IMG/VR virus record: IMGVR_UViG_3300021426_000072
Location: 1 to 64,000 of that record
Strand: one strand, 5' to 3'
Origin: a virus
Taxonomy: Duplodnaviria; Caudoviricetes
Length of the DNA stretch: 64,000 bases
Shown piece by piece: positions 10,506-21,517 of this stretch. A program made the position numbers and the translations under genes. Position 1 is the stretch's first letter. Each line of letters begins with the position of its first letter. The notes beneath the pieces were generated by a model. That model did not search any database and had not been told where the DNA came from. It saw only the letters and a program-made list of their open reading frames with translations.

Positions 10506-11495
10506 TTAATTTAAATAAACAGATACCCAATCTTTAAAAGATATTTGTTCGACAAATCTTATTTGAGCAAAGTCTTCATTTCGAGTTTCATTATAAATAT
10601 CCATTAATCCATACGAAACTCCTTGGACAATATCTTGAATAGACATTCCTGTAAGACGTTTAAATTTGTCGCACATTTTTTGTAAGATTAGCATTGTTTT
10701 TATTATTACTGAATTATTGCCATAAATTCGTCTATCTTGACAGTAAAAATATACATGGAATAATGTTTGAATAAATTTAGTAGTTAATGATTCTTTTGAA
10801 TTTAATTTGTTTATATTTTTTTCCATATAATCAAGTATAACACCCATCGTTCCTGTGACATAATCAGGCATACTTTCAGCAAAATAACTGCCAGAAGACA
10901 ATGAATCGGCTTTGCGATTCCATATATATATTGGTTCTTTATATCGATATATGGTTATATCTTCTGTTGAAAATATACAGCCAACTTTTGTTGAAAGATT
11001 TATATCTTCGCAATAGCCGAGGTTGTCGTAACAAAGATTATATTTTTCCCAGAATGTTTTTTCATAAAATTTTCCGTGTGTCCATGCTTTGGTTGCATCT
11101 TGTAATATGCAATCAGAAGATCCAATCAAAGTCATTATAAAATCTCCGATGATGTGATCTTTTGCATTATTTTCTAAAATAAAAGATTTAATTTTATCAA
11201 ATGCTTTATCTACAAAAAGGTCGTCTTGATCAGCAAAACAAATCCATTGACCAGAAGCATGTTCTGCTCCTGCTTGACGGCCAGGACCTGGGCATCCATA
11301 GTGTTTATCATTTATAATTATTCTAATGTTTAAATCTTTGTTGCTGGAAATAATGCTGTCAATGCTTTCATCTGATTGATCGTCAGAAATTATAACCTCA
11401 ATCTCATTAATGCATTCGTTTCTTTTTATTGAGTTTAACAATAAAGAAATGTACTTTAATGGATTGTATGTAGGAACAACAATAGAAAATAACAT
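10506..11495 (-). CDS. Glycosyltransferase family 2
   Basis: FSIVVPTYN, EVIISDDQS, GPGRQAG, WICFADQDD, EDINL motifs; RBS GGAGG before ATG 11495. Confidence 0.9.
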   Translation of the reverse strand: MLFSIVVPTYNPLKYISLLLNSIKRNECINEIEVIISDDQSDESIDSIISSNKDLNIRIIINDKHYGCPGPGRQAGAEHASGQWICFADQDDLFVDKAFDKIKSFILENNAKDHIIGDFIMTLIGSSDCILQDATKAWTHGKFYEKTFWEKYNLCYDNLGYCEDINLSTKVGCIFSTEDITIYRYKEPIYIWNRKADSLSSGSYFAESMPDYVTGTMGVILDYMEKNINKLNSKESLTTKFIQTLFHVYFYCQDRRIYGNNSVIIKTMLILQKMCDKFKRLTGMSIQDIVQGVSYGLMDIYNETRNEDFAQIRFVEQISFKDWVSVYLN

Positions 11496-11524
11496 CTTTT
11501 CCTCCGTCAGATTTAATCGATACA

Positions 11525-12013
11525 TTACAGCCCAAGAACTATTCTGTTAAAGTCTGCTGCCGTAATTTTTGTTCCAGCAGTCAATCCAGATTTGATGCTT
11601 GCGTTGATTTTTGTTCCCGAAGTAATTGAAGTGCCCGTTTGGTTGATATCTTCCTTCTTGATTTTGTTGCCCTTCACTACAGCAGTATACGGATTGGTGT
11701 ACTCAACTGTAAGGGTTATTGTGGGAGTGGAATAAACGCCCGATCTGTTCCGCACTTTGAGTACGGCCCGCCCCGGATAATTGACGTTTTTCAGCGCACT
11801 CTCGTCTGAATACCACTTTCCCCACTTATCGTTTGTGTACGACTGCGTACCGCCGCCCCAGGATAGGTACCAATCCCCCGGAGACGATACGCTGATATCT
11901 ACCTTGTGTCGCACATAGGACGACCCGGTCGGGTAAGTAAGAGCGCCCATATCAATGGTTCTTGCTTCCTGATTCGAGAACCCGTTGGAGTATGTAAGCA
12001 CAAGATTTCCCAT
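11525..12013 (-). CDS. Hypothetical tail-associated protein
   Basis: ORF coupled to the fibre gene; C-terminal GTKITA repeats; GC-rich N-terminal part. Confidence 0.55.
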   Translation of the reverse strand: MGNLVLTYSNGFSNQEARTIDMGALTYPTGSSYVRHKVDISVSSPGDWYLSWGGGTQSYTNDKWGKWYSDESALKNVNYPGRAVLKVRNRSGVYSTPTITLTVEYTNPYTAVVKGNKIKKEDINQTGTSITSGTKINASIKSGLTAGTKITAADFNRIVLGL

Positions 12014-12017
12014 GTGA

Positions 12018-13934
12018 TCACCTCACATAAATCCATATTCTACCATTTACTTGAATTGAACTGGGTTCGTTCATTGTGCCTCCAGCCCAAATATCATAGG
12101 AAGGTATTTCACTTACAGTGCCAACAATTCGGTCAGGCCATTTACATATTTCATCTCTTGTCATGACATCAACAGTTCCTCCGGGACCAGAACATACTGC
12201 ATCTCCAAGATGATAATTGTTTCTATCTCTATATGGATATGCTAGAACTCTTCCTGCTACAGCAATAGGTGTTTTTGCTTCTTCGGTTTCACCCATACAA
12301 GTACCATAAGTATCAGAAGTAAGTCTACATCCAGCTTGTAACCGAAACTCCGTAAGTTTCATAACTCCTTCGGCAGTTTCGTAAACACATCGTCCGCCTT
12401 CAGATGCTTCAGCTTTACGGCATTCTGCGTAGTCGTTCCATACAGCGTTGTACACCTTGCTAGCCGTAACTGTTCCTGTGAACGTTTTATCACCAGCAAA
12501 ACTTTGTGCTCCCGTACTCACTAAGCCAGCAGTAGCAGTTGTTGCATTACCGTATGTTGTATTGGTATTTGGGTTGGCCGGCATTTTGACGGTGAAAGCC
12601 ACGCCTCCTGCTACGCCAACAGTAGAAGTTGTATTCCATGCAAGAGTCGGCGCTTTGTTTGTAAACGCATATGTAGTATTTGTGTTTGGGTTTGCTGGCA
12701 TTTTAACCGTCAAGGCTGTTCCACCCACAACACCAACTGTTGATGTTGTACCCCATGACAACGTAGGCGCAGAATTAGAAAAGGAATATGTGGTATTTGT
12801 GTTTATTAATGAGTACCACGAACCCCAAGAAGCAGAAGAGTATTTACGATAATAAACTGCATCTGTAGTCATTCCAAGAGCAAGTTGAGTACCATAGTTT
12901 CCGTCTGAGCCTTTAGCTTCATATATGTGATACCATGCATTTGAAGGAAGGCCATAGTTTGTTCCATTTGTATACTCTCTTAATTGAAAGGAATTATTTG
13001 CAGGTAAATGGTTTGCAGATTCTGCTACTCTTGGAACATCAACTCTGAATGTAGTGCCCGATAAAGCAAGTCCAGATCCAGCAGCATATGTAGTATTTGT
13101 ATTAGGATTAGCTGGCATTTTTACTGTCAAAGCTACTCCACCAACAGTACCGACAGTAGATGTTGTGTTCCATGCCAATGTGGGAGCATTGTTTGAAAAT
13201 GAATATGTAGTATTCGTGTCTGGATTTGCTGGAATCTTTCCACTCGTAACGGAAAGACCAGTAACATGTCCTTTCCCATCAGTTTGTAATGTTACTCCTT
13301 TTACTACGTCAATGCTCCACGCCGCAGCAGCGCCAGACGCAGAAGCACTAATATCAGAACCTGTTGCAGTTGCAGGAGTATAGTGATTTGCACTAGATGT
13401 TACTTTTGTGTTTGTATCCGTAAATACTGCATTTGAAGGAACTGACTTTTCAATCGTGAAACCACTATCTTTTATTATCTTGCCTGTTGTACTGTTAAAA
13501 GTAGCGATATGATTATCTGTTGATGAAGTCGGTCCAATTACAGCCCCATCTATATTTGACTGAACAACAGTCCAGTGGTCATTGTTTGCTGCTGTGCCGT
13601 CCACAACACAAATAATCATATCGCCAATTTCACATGCTTTTCCGGCATACGTTCCTGCGGTAACTACCTTATACGTCCATCCTTGATAATGTGTATTTGG
13701 AAGAGTAGCAACTGTAGCTCCCGAAGACCCAATAGTTCCTTTGAAGACCATTGCATCGTTTGCTTGGAAAGCGTTGTTAACAAAAGCAGTTGTTGCTATT
13801 TGCGTATTGTTGGTTGAAGCTGCAGCGGTTGGAGCTGTAGGAGTTCCTGTTAATGCCGGAGAATTTTTTGGAGCTAAAACCGCCTCCAGTTTTTCCTTAA
13901 AATGCTGTAATCCAGCATTATCAAGAAAACTCAT
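12018..13934 (-). CDS. Tail fibre with internal repeats and a C-terminal peptidase-G2/intramolecular chaperone-like domain
   Basis: SPALTGTPTAPT...TQIATTAFV; repeated APTLAWNTTSTVG..GGVALTVKMPANPNTNTTY; VYNAVWNDYAE...PIAVAGRV. Confidence 0.8.
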   Translation of the reverse strand: MSFLDNAGLQHFKEKLEAVLAPKNSPALTGTPTAPTAAASTNNTQIATTAFVNNAFQANDAMVFKGTIGSSGATVATLPNTHYQGWTYKVVTAGTYAGKACEIGDMIICVVDGTAANNDHWTVVQSNIDGAVIGPTSSTDNHIATFNSTTGKIIKDSGFTIEKSVPSNAVFTDTNTKVTSSANHYTPATATGSDISASASGAAAAWSIDVVKGVTLQTDGKGHVTGLSVTSGKIPANPDTNTTYSFSNNAPTLAWNTTSTVGTVGGVALTVKMPANPNTNTTYAAGSGLALSGTTFRVDVPRVAESANHLPANNSFQLREYTNGTNYGLPSNAWYHIYEAKGSDGNYGTQLALGMTTDAVYYRKYSSASWGSWYSLINTNTTYSFSNSAPTLSWGTTSTVGVVGGTALTVKMPANPNTNTTYAFTNKAPTLAWNTTSTVGVAGGVAFTVKMPANPNTNTTYGNATTATAGLVSTGAQSFAGDKTFTGTVTASKVYNAVWNDYAECRKAEASEGGRCVYETAEGVMKLTEFRLQAGCRLTSDTYGTCMGETEEAKTPIAVAGRVLAYPYRDRNNYHLGDAVCSGPGGTVDVMTRDEICKWPDRIVGTVSEIPSYDIWAGGTMNEPSSIQVNGRIWIYVR

Positions 13935-13953
13935 ATATTCTCACTCCTTGTTT

Positions 13954-14301
13954 TCAGATAAAAGTAACAAAATCTTCTAGGACTTCCATTGTCTTAAATG
14001 TAATACCATCAACAAGTGGAAGCTCTATTTTTTCAAAAGTTTCTGTTACTTCAACTTCGTCTAGCTCTTTCATTTCTTCAAGATAATTTGTATAATTTTG
14101 ACCTTCCAAAACACCGTTGGCGTTAGCTAAAGGACGATATTTGGACGCAATTGTTTCTACTCGTTCTTGCTGAAATTCAACATGAGGACGAAGCTTTTTC
14201 CTTAACATAAAAATATCTTTTTGCTCTTTGACATGATAATCAGGAAAAGTAGCAAAGTTTTCCAGTTCGTTATAAGCTCGAATAATCTGATATTGTTTCA
14301 T
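13954..14301 (-). CDS. Hypothetical protein (tail module)
   Basis: ORF with AAGGAG RBS between Tal and the fibre gene. Confidence 0.6.
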   Translation of the reverse strand: MKQYQIIRAYNELENFATFPDYHVKEQKDIFMLRKKLRPHVEFQQERVETIASKYRPLANANGVLEGQNYTNYLEEMKELDEVEVTETFEKIELPLVDGITFKTMEVLEDFVTFI

Positions 14302-14314
14302 AACTTAATCTCCT

Positions 14315-17300
14315 TTATGATTTCACATATAATGTTCCTGTATATCGTTCTGGTCCGGATTGGCCCATAGTATACAACTGTGCGCCGGAATATTGGGTGT
14401 ATGTCCCCGGTGTATAGCCGCTTCGTGCGTCCGTGTAAACCGATGAGCAATTAATCGTGCTTGGCAACACTCGTGCATCCGACAGCGATACAGACACGTT
14501 GTAAACCGTTCCCGTGACCCGTGTCCCCACCGTTACTCTGCTAACGGTGGGTTTACTAAAATTTATCGTTGTACCATCCGATAATGTTATGGAGTTGTCT
14601 GTATGCGATGAAATATATGGTTTCCACAATTTCCACAGAGGATATTGACTTAAATTAATAACCTGTTCTTGTCCTTGAGGGTGCTGATCTGTAGGTTCTG
14701 ATACAGACACAAATTTAGTTGCATATAAAGCTCCGTCCCATTTGCATTTAAGACCGCTGGAATCAGGGGTTTCTCCACCGATCCACAAAGCATAGTCTTT
14801 AATTGTAGATGTTGTAGTATCTGCATTTAAAACTATTTTAGAAGATCCTGATCCTTTGGAAAGAGAATTTTCGTTAATATCCCAATTCCCAATCTTCCCT
14901 GTGATCGCTGTAAGGCCCGTATTATTCCAAGAACCGATGGTTACATTATTAGCATCTTTTATTGTTAACGTTCCGTTTGTATTGTTTGCCCCTCCAAGGA
15001 CTAAACTTCCGCCACTAATATTTGATGCAGTCAAGTTGATAATGCTTACATTGTTAGCATCAATTGTGCCGCCACTTATGCGGTTTGCGCTCATGGTGCC
15101 AGACGTAATACGATCAGCACTCATAGATCCTGACGTGATTTTGTCTGCTGAAATTTCACAAGCTATAGTACTGCTTGCGGTAATAGTACCTGTTATTTCT
15201 GCATCTTTTGCCTTTAGTTTACCATCTGCTGTGACACTGAACTTTGGAGCATTGTTTCCTGTTCCTGTGTATGTGCCACCAGCCCAAAATGCAAAATTGG
15301 AACCTGAAGTATTCACCAAACCAACAGTACTGCTGTTTTTTGCTGTAGAATTGCCAATATAATCAGATCCAAAGTTCCATCCAGCAATAGTGCCTTTTAG
15401 AGCGTTAAAAGATCCATCTGCCTGAACAGAAAACTTAGGCGCATCATTTCCGGTCGCTGTTCTTGCTCCTCCAGCCCAAATTACAATGCCACTGGTTAAT
15501 TTAGCTAGACCAATAGTAGAGCTATCTCTTGTATTGCCGTTGCCAATATAATCAGAACCAACAGTCCAAGTACCAATAGATGCTTCCACTGTAGTAATTT
15601 TGCCGGAAATGTCAATGTTTCCATCTGCTGTAGCTTTAATATAGTGAACTGCGTTATTAGACGTTCCTCTAATGTAAAGCCCATCTGTACCGTAATACGC
15701 CCCATCGGAAGAAGAAGATAAAGAGTCCGTACCGTTATAAATGAATGCATTTGTTCCATCAGAGCCAACTGTAAACGGTTTCCCAGTGCTCCCAATTAAA
15801 ACGTTACCTCCATTAGAGAGAAGTTTTAATGTTTTGCCTGAAGATACGGAAATTGTATCATCTGCTGTAAAGTTCAAAGTTCCATTTACTGCGTCCATAT
15901 TAAAAGCAGTACTTCCAAAATAAGCGCTTGCTCCATTTTTGCTTACTTTTAACTTTCCACCAATGTTTAATCCGTCAGTGCCCACATAAACACCAGTAGC
16001 ATTAGAGCCTATACTTGTTGTGGAACCAGCGTACATGTAAGTAATAGTGTTACCGCCTTCAGAACGACTTGCTATTTCAAGACCAGCAATGTTTCCTGTT
16101 GTTGCTATGATCTTTCCTGATACTTCTACCGTGTTATCATTTTTTACTTTAAAATTCTGAGAATCAACAGTAAATTTACCAGTACTGGAAAGATTAAACA
16201 CTCCGTTGGAAGATATATTAATTGATCCTCCTGTTACATCAAGTTTGCCTTGAGACTCAATGTTAATTCCAGACCCGCCATAAACGTTAATCTCGCCGCC
16301 AGATTGAATATCAATGCTGGCAGGAGTTTCATCGTGTTGAGCTGTAATTTTTATGTATGAGTCTGATGCTTCAGGATGAGAAGTTTCAAGAGATCCTGCT
16401 GGTTTATAACCATCAATAGTAGCATACAATGTTAAAGCTTGATTGCTGCCTATTTCCAGTTCTTGACCAACAGACGCATTTAGCTTATCTGTTGTGATAG
16501 ATCCTGTTTCAATCCGTTCCGCAGATAAATAGCCAGTATAAATCGCATCTGCGGTTATCCCTTTACCTGTGCCTATATATCTCCAGTTCCACTCTCCATC
16601 TGGGTTTTTCTCTGAGGAAATGGCCCATCCTCTGCCTGTAAACATCATTGCCGATCCACCATCGGCATCTTCAAAGATAACATTGCCTTTTTCATCTGTA
16701 TACCAGTTAGAAGTTCCTCCTGAAATATACAAACGATTTGCTTCTATCACGCCTTCAAGACGATCCGCTGAAAGCTTTCCAGATCCTGTTAATGCAGAAG
16801 ACCTTTTGTATAAAGTTTGATTTGCTTTATAGTCGTTGGCAACTTCAGCAATCTTTGAAAGAACATCGGAAAAACTCTGCTGTCCGATCATAGATAGTTT
16901 TGTGTTAATTTCAATTGACGTTTTCCAAGGCTGATCATAGCACTTATTAATTACATCCAAATAAGCCCATTGATTTATATCTATTTCCTGATCAACCAAA
17001 TGAACAGCATAAGAAATATCAATATCAGGCCAATCAACATTTTCACTCAGTTCATTAACTGAAAGACCGACATTTTTTTCAGTTGCAAACAAATCAAGAT
17101 ATTGGATCTCATAAAGTGCTTCAGGATGAGATATTTCTTTTAAATTATCTAATGCATCAGCGTATAAAATATTTTCATCGCCTTCTGCATATTTAGGTTC
17201 TTGCCAATAACCTTCTCGATACATATCTCCAAGAGATTCCATTAAATTCTTTTCTGCTTGGATTAAACTGTTCTGAGCTTGTTTTAGCAAAGATAATTTT

Positions 17301-20239
17301 GTTATATACACATCGTCAGAATCAGTCAAGAATTTATCCATTAAATATGTAATACCATGTCTTTCTCCTGACGGTTGAGCTGAAAGAACTTTATACATTA
17401 CGTTCTTAACAAAAAAAGTACTTGCAAATCCTACAACTCTCAAGAAATGTGTTGCGCTTGGGATTTGATTACATACAAGCTTAATATTCATTGTGTTTCG
17501 GGGAGTTGTAAAGGTAAATGTATTTGTAGCACCTAACAGTTTTCTGTTAGAATCAAAGAAAAGTATTTTAGTCCCAGCCGGAAGACTAGCTTCATATTGA
17601 GTATTTTCATAAACTGAAATATTAGAACTAATATGCTTTTCTCCTCTGTCAACAAGCACATTGTTAACAAAGTCGCCATCTGTATAAAAAAGTCCTGTCA
17701 ATTCGTTAGAAGAAGGGAAACTAAGCGAATCAAAAGAGTAAAAAGCACAAGAAAGCGTGTTGTTTATATCTTCGCTAACCCATACTCTTTTATTGTCAGT
17801 ATCCAGTCTTATTTGTGATCCGGCTTGAAGTTCTTCTTCAGTAGAAAATAACCAATAGTTTTCAAATTCATCTTTAAAAGCATAATTTCCTTTTATTAAA
17901 GCTTCGCCTAAATCGCAACGATATTCAGACGCGACTCCTTTCACAAGAAATTCCTGCTTATAACATCCAGAAATAACTGTTTTAAAGAATGAGGTCATAG
18001 CATCGTTATCAGTTGTTCCTTTAACAGGTTCGTAATAGTCTTGGCCTGCAATATATAACATCATACGAGGCATACTATATAAGTATTTATTACCAATGCT
18101 AGACACTCTTATTTTTTCAGGGTCGTCAGAAGAATTCATTATATATACATAATTCCATCCATTATCTCCATCTTTACCCCAACAAAAATGTAATTCTCCG
18201 AATGTAAATGAATTTGTGTAAATGCGATAATACCAGCCATAAGAAGACAAAGCTGCTTCATAATTTGGAGCAGGATCATCATCATAAACAAATTCCATGA
18301 TATGTTTTTCTGTCGATCCTTGCTTTGTAGAATTTTGAATTGCATCTTTGTTGCTAAGAATCATATCTTCTCTTGGCCCGAATAAACCAGCAATATTATC
18401 CGCAGAAAAAAGATATACAACAGAATTAGAAGTAAATGTGTCTTGGGAAGTCCATAAAGTTATTCTTGTTGGTTTATCTACTTTGTTAACGCCATATTCA
18501 TAATTTGCTGGGTATAAAAGCAAGTAGCTATTATTAAACCATACATAACATTGCTGGGTGTCAGCAGCACGATAAACAATGTCTGCTTGTCCATTTTGAG
18601 GAAATAAATTTCTCGAATCATAATTGATTTCATCATGTAACAAGTAGTAATTTCCAAGTTCATCGTAAAAATAATTATCAATGTTATTTCCAAGATACTT
18701 TATGTAAGTTTTTTCCCATGTTGTAGGAGATCCGGGATGAACAATATAAATTACACTACCTTTCCCGGAAATCGCAGTACCATTATTTTTTATTCCTGTT
18801 GCAGTTGCCCATGTGAAATAGTTTCTTTGTGCTTCAAGATAGTCTGATCTATAAATAATTCCATCAGGATTATCAATATCTAAATACACATTTCCATTTA
18901 AAACGCCATGATTCTTAATTCTTAATTTTAAAAACCCAGTTCCACTTGAAGCCGTTTGTGTTAATTCAAACCTCTTAGATGATAAATCCGATGAAGCTTG
19001 TTGGGCTTGAATATATAAATCTGGCATATTCCACTGGTACTCTGCAAGAGAATTAAGCATATCGTCAGTTAATAACCCTATCCTTTGATAATAAGAAAAG
19101 TCCATTATATAAGGAAAGTAATTAGTAACTATCTCTTCTGTATAAGAAAGAGTTGTAAAGTTCATCGTTTTTGGAGTTTTATATACCTTAAAAAGATGAG
19201 TTCCATCATACACATAAGTTCTTGATACAAAATCAAGATAAGACCATTTAAGGCGATTCCTATATACAGTAGCAGATGCTGTAAAATAGTAATTGCTTCC
19301 AAGCCATGAAAAGCAATACTCCAGATTTTCATATACAGTTTCATTAAAAGTTAAAACAACATGATTTGCTTCTTGTAAAGAACATAATCCGGTTCTGTCT
19401 CCATAAGAACCATACGCAGAAAGTTTTGTTACAATATTGTCTGCGTTTAGTGTTCTTGTAATTCCTGAAACGTTTTTGTCGTAATAGAGAGCAAGAACCT
19501 TTTCTCCATTAAGAACTTCAACAGGAATTGAACCTTCTTCTAAATTCTCAGAAAAAGGATTCATAGGAACAAGATCAACAGTTCTTCCTACTTTTTCAAC
19601 GCCATCCTCGATATAAACACCTTCACCATGATATATTGGTTTGGCATCAAACAGTTCACAGAGAGAACCGATCATTTTAAACGCTCCTGTTTTTGCCGGA
19701 GCTGTAAACGTTCTTACTTTTTCTTTTGCGGTATCAGAAGAAAATTTTTCATCTTCGTAAAATTTTGTTGTATTAACTCCTATATGCCACCCTGTTCCGT
19801 CAAGGATTGTCGATGCTAATTGCTCAATCGTTCCTACATTGTTTCCTTCCTCATCCGAAAATTCCAACTCAAGATTTTTTGTTTTTAATAAATGGGAAAC
19901 GTGAAAAGCTTTAACATCATAAGATTTAGTTAAATTGTTATGAGAGACTTTTGTTTCAGATAACAAAAACCAATCTGTTTCTTGACGACCATCAACATCT
20001 GTTGAACAAAGTTTAAGTCGATAATCGCTGATAAGATAATCAACTCGATAGTTTTTATCCTGCCCATTTTCTGTAGAACACATCGACGGTATTTTAAAAG
20101 AAATTTCTTTATAGCCGTTCCTTTCAGTGCGAACAAACACTTCATATGCTTGCCCGGAAACGTCGCTTAAATTATCGTATAGGTTACACAAAGTATTATT
20201 TGTGTAATCACATACATCTAAAGTAATAGTTCTTTGCAT
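14315..20239 (-). CDS. Baseplate hub/Tal fused to a central fibre
   Basis: Follows Dit; ILDGTGWHIG, KNVSGITRTL...IVTKL..YG; GITADAIYTGYLSAERI and ADKITSG repeats; G.IAGW beta repeats. Confidence 0.8.
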   Translation of the reverse strand: MQRTITLDVCDYTNNTLCNLYDNLSDVSGQAYEVFVRTERNGYKEISFKIPSMCSTENGQDKNYRVDYLISDYRLKLCSTDVDGRQETDWFLLSETKVSHNNLTKSYDVKAFHVSHLLKTKNLELEFSDEEGNNVGTIEQLASTILDGTGWHIGVNTTKFYEDEKFSSDTAKEKVRTFTAPAKTGAFKMIGSLCELFDAKPIYHGEGVYIEDGVEKVGRTVDLVPMNPFSENLEEGSIPVEVLNGEKVLALYYDKNVSGITRTLNADNIVTKLSAYGSYGDRTGLCSLQEANHVVLTFNETVYENLEYCFSWLGSNYYFTASATVYRNRLKWSYLDFVSRTYVYDGTHLFKVYKTPKTMNFTTLSYTEEIVTNYFPYIMDFSYYQRIGLLTDDMLNSLAEYQWNMPDLYIQAQQASSDLSSKRFELTQTASSGTGFLKLRIKNHGVLNGNVYLDIDNPDGIIYRSDYLEAQRNYFTWATATGIKNNGTAISGKGSVIYIVHPGSPTTWEKTYIKYLGNNIDNYFYDELGNYYLLHDEINYDSRNLFPQNGQADIVYRAADTQQCYVWFNNSYLLLYPANYEYGVNKVDKPTRITLWTSQDTFTSNSVVYLFSADNIAGLFGPREDMILSNKDAIQNSTKQGSTEKHIMEFVYDDDPAPNYEAALSSYGWYYRIYTNSFTFGELHFCWGKDGDNGWNYVYIMNSSDDPEKIRVSSIGNKYLYSMPRMMLYIAGQDYYEPVKGTTDNDAMTSFFKTVISGCYKQEFLVKGVASEYRCDLGEALIKGNYAFKDEFENYWLFSTEEELQAGSQIRLDTDNKRVWVSEDINNTLSCAFYSFDSLSFPSSNELTGLFYTDGDFVNNVLVDRGEKHISSNISVYENTQYEASLPAGTKILFFDSNRKLLGATNTFTFTTPRNTMNIKLVCNQIPSATHFLRVVGFASTFFVKNVMYKVLSAQPSGERHGITYLMDKFLTDSDDVYITKLSLLKQAQNSLIQAEKNLMESLGDMYREGYWQEPKYAEGDENILYADALDNLKEISHPEALYEIQYLDLFATEKNVGLSVNELSENVDWPDIDISYAVHLVDQEIDINQWAYLDVINKCYDQPWKTSIEINTKLSMIGQQSFSDVLSKIAEVANDYKANQTLYKRSSALTGSGKLSADRLEGVIEANRLYISGGTSNWYTDEKGNVIFEDADGGSAMMFTGRGWAISSEKNPDGEWNWRYIGTGKGITADAIYTGYLSAERIETGSITTDKLNASVGQELEIGSNQALTLYATIDGYKPAGSLETSHPEASDSYIKITAQHDETPASIDIQSGGEINVYGGSGINIESQGKLDVTGGSINISSNGVFNLSSTGKFTVDSQNFKVKNDNTVEVSGKIIATTGNIAGLEIASRSEGGNTITYMYAGSTTSIGSNATGVYVGTDGLNIGGKLKVSKNGASAYFGSTAFNMDAVNGTLNFTADDTISVSSGKTLKLLSNGGNVLIGSTGKPFTVGSDGTNAFIYNGTDSLSSSSDGAYYGTDGLYIRGTSNNAVHYIKATADGNIDISGKITTVEASIGTWTVGSDYIGNGNTRDSSTIGLAKLTSGIVIWAGGARTATGNDAPKFSVQADGSFNALKGTIAGWNFGSDYIGNSTAKNSSTVGLVNTSGSNFAFWAGGTYTGTGNNAPKFSVTADGKLKAKDAEITGTITASSTIACEISADKITSGSMSADRITSGTMSANRISGGTIDANNVSIINLTASNISGGSLVLGGANNTNGTLTIKDANNVTIGSWNNTGLTAITGKIGNWDINENSLSKGSGSSKIVLNADTTTSTIKDYALWIGGETPDSSGLKCKWDGALYATKFVSVSEPTDQHPQGQEQVINLSQYPLWKLWKPYISSHTDNSITLSDGTTINFSKPTVSRVTVGTRVTGTVYNVSVSLSDARVLPSTINCSSVYTDARSGYTPGTYTQYSGAQLYTMGQSGPERYTGTLYVKS

Positions 20240-20260
20240 AACCTTTCACATCCCTTTTTA

Positions 20261-21352
20261 TTATGCATAAGTTGGTTTATATTCAAATTTTAGTCTTGTA
20301 ATATTTGTTCCTTGGGAGCCTGTAATAAATATTTCATTCATAGAAACAACTGAAGTTTTTATACTTCCGCTTCCAATGTTATTCATGACAGTGAGGGTGT
20401 GTTTGTCAGGAACCGCTACTATTTTCTTCCATCCATTCAAATAAATATATTTTCCTATGTACCAATTTTTTTCTTCTTCTTCTTCATAAAGTATATTAAC
20501 AACAGAAATTCGATTATCATTAAAAGAAACAAACAAATCTCGGATAATAGGAAAAGAAGGTTCAAGATCAATAAACCCTTGATCGTGATAAAGAAATGCT
20601 AATTCATTACCATAATCAGTTTTCATAATTGTTTTCCCACTAATTCCATCCGTATATAAATAATCATTTCCTGTTGTGTTAAAAGCTTTGTATTTTGTTT
20701 TCTGATCTGTTGTTTTGTTATAAATTGTTATTCCGTCAGCTCCAGCTTGTCCTGCAATAATAACACCTATTTTAGCTCTCTCAGTTCCAGGATTATATAA
20801 AAGAATTTGAAGCGGGTTTGTAGAGAAAGACAAATTTGTAAATTCTAAATTAGGAAGCATCTCTGCTTTATCTAAAATGCCCGTATTGAGCATGATTTCT
20901 TCATGATAAGAATCTGTATTTAAATTATAAAAAAGATGGTTGTTTACTTCTAATCCACGAGCATATGGATAATATGCTTTCATCGTGATCGTAACAATCC
21001 CATTTAAATAATTTTTCATATCATCTATATTGACATCTGTAACTGTAGCATAATAATAGCACCACGGCCTTCGATTAAATACAAGCTTTCCTGATTTGCC
21101 AATCTTAAACAAGCTGTTTAATTTTGCCATTATACCTCTTGCTATATGTTTTTCTTCATAAAAACACCTTAAAACAAACTCTTTTGGAGTTTTAGAACAA
21201 CCAAAAAAATACCCGCCATCATGCCCATCAAAAGTTTCTTCATAAACATTTGATTTAGCAGGCGCATAAACGTATGTATGACTATTTTCAGGAGCATACT
21301 CAAGTCCAATATCAGCAATATCAATATCGCAAAAAGAAAATCCGCCTTTCAT
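20261..21352 (-). CDS. Distal tail protein (Dit)
   Basis: GFSFCDI..DIGL, G.DGGYFFG, GKLVF..RPWCYY, AYYPYARG; lies upstream of Tal. Confidence 0.8.
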   Translation of the reverse strand: MKGGFSFCDIDIADIGLEYAPENSHTYVYAPAKSNVYEETFDGHDGGYFFGCSKTPKEFVLRCFYEEKHIARGIMAKLNSLFKIGKSGKLVFNRRPWCYYYATVTDVNIDDMKNYLNGIVTITMKAYYPYARGLEVNNHLFYNLNTDSYHEEIMLNTGILDKAEMLPNLEFTNLSFSTNPLQILLYNPGTERAKIGVIIAGQAGADGITIYNKTTDQKTKYKAFNTTGNDYLYTDGISGKTIMKTDYGNELAFLYHDQGFIDLEPSFPIIRDLFVSFNDNRISVVNILYEEEEEKNWYIGKYIYLNGWKKIVAVPDKHTLTVMNNIGSGSIKTSVVSMNEIFITGSQGTNITRLKFEYKPTYA

Positions 21353-21390
21353 TCAATTCACCGCCTTTCCTAATAAATATATTTTCTTTC

Positions 21391-21418
21391 TCCTTTATAT
21401 CTATTTTTAAAATGGCTT
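21391..21418 (-). promoter_or_regulatory. Candidate phage promoter, class II (AAGCCATTTTAAAAATAGATATAAAGGA)
   Basis: Sits between a terminator and the Dit RBS; resembles motifs at 56975-57000 (-) and 63597-63623 (+). Confidence 0.5.
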
Positions 21419-21471
21419 ATTTTAAAAGAAATCAATACAATACAAAAAGAAATAGCAAACATGTTAGTAAA

Positions 21472-21510
21472 AACAAAAGAGGCGGGCGTTTATTTCCCGC
21501 CTCTTTTGTT
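21472..21510. terminator. Bidirectional intrinsic terminator
   Basis: AACAAAAGAGGCGGG / CCCGCCTCTTTTGTT. Confidence 0.85.
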
Positions 21511-21517
21511 GCAAAGT

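Noticed and set aside
12550-13230. DNA repeats in the 638-aa fibre gene (and the collagen gene at 28170-28680)
   Set aside because: Explained by protein repeats with synonymous variation; not CRISPR or mobile elements
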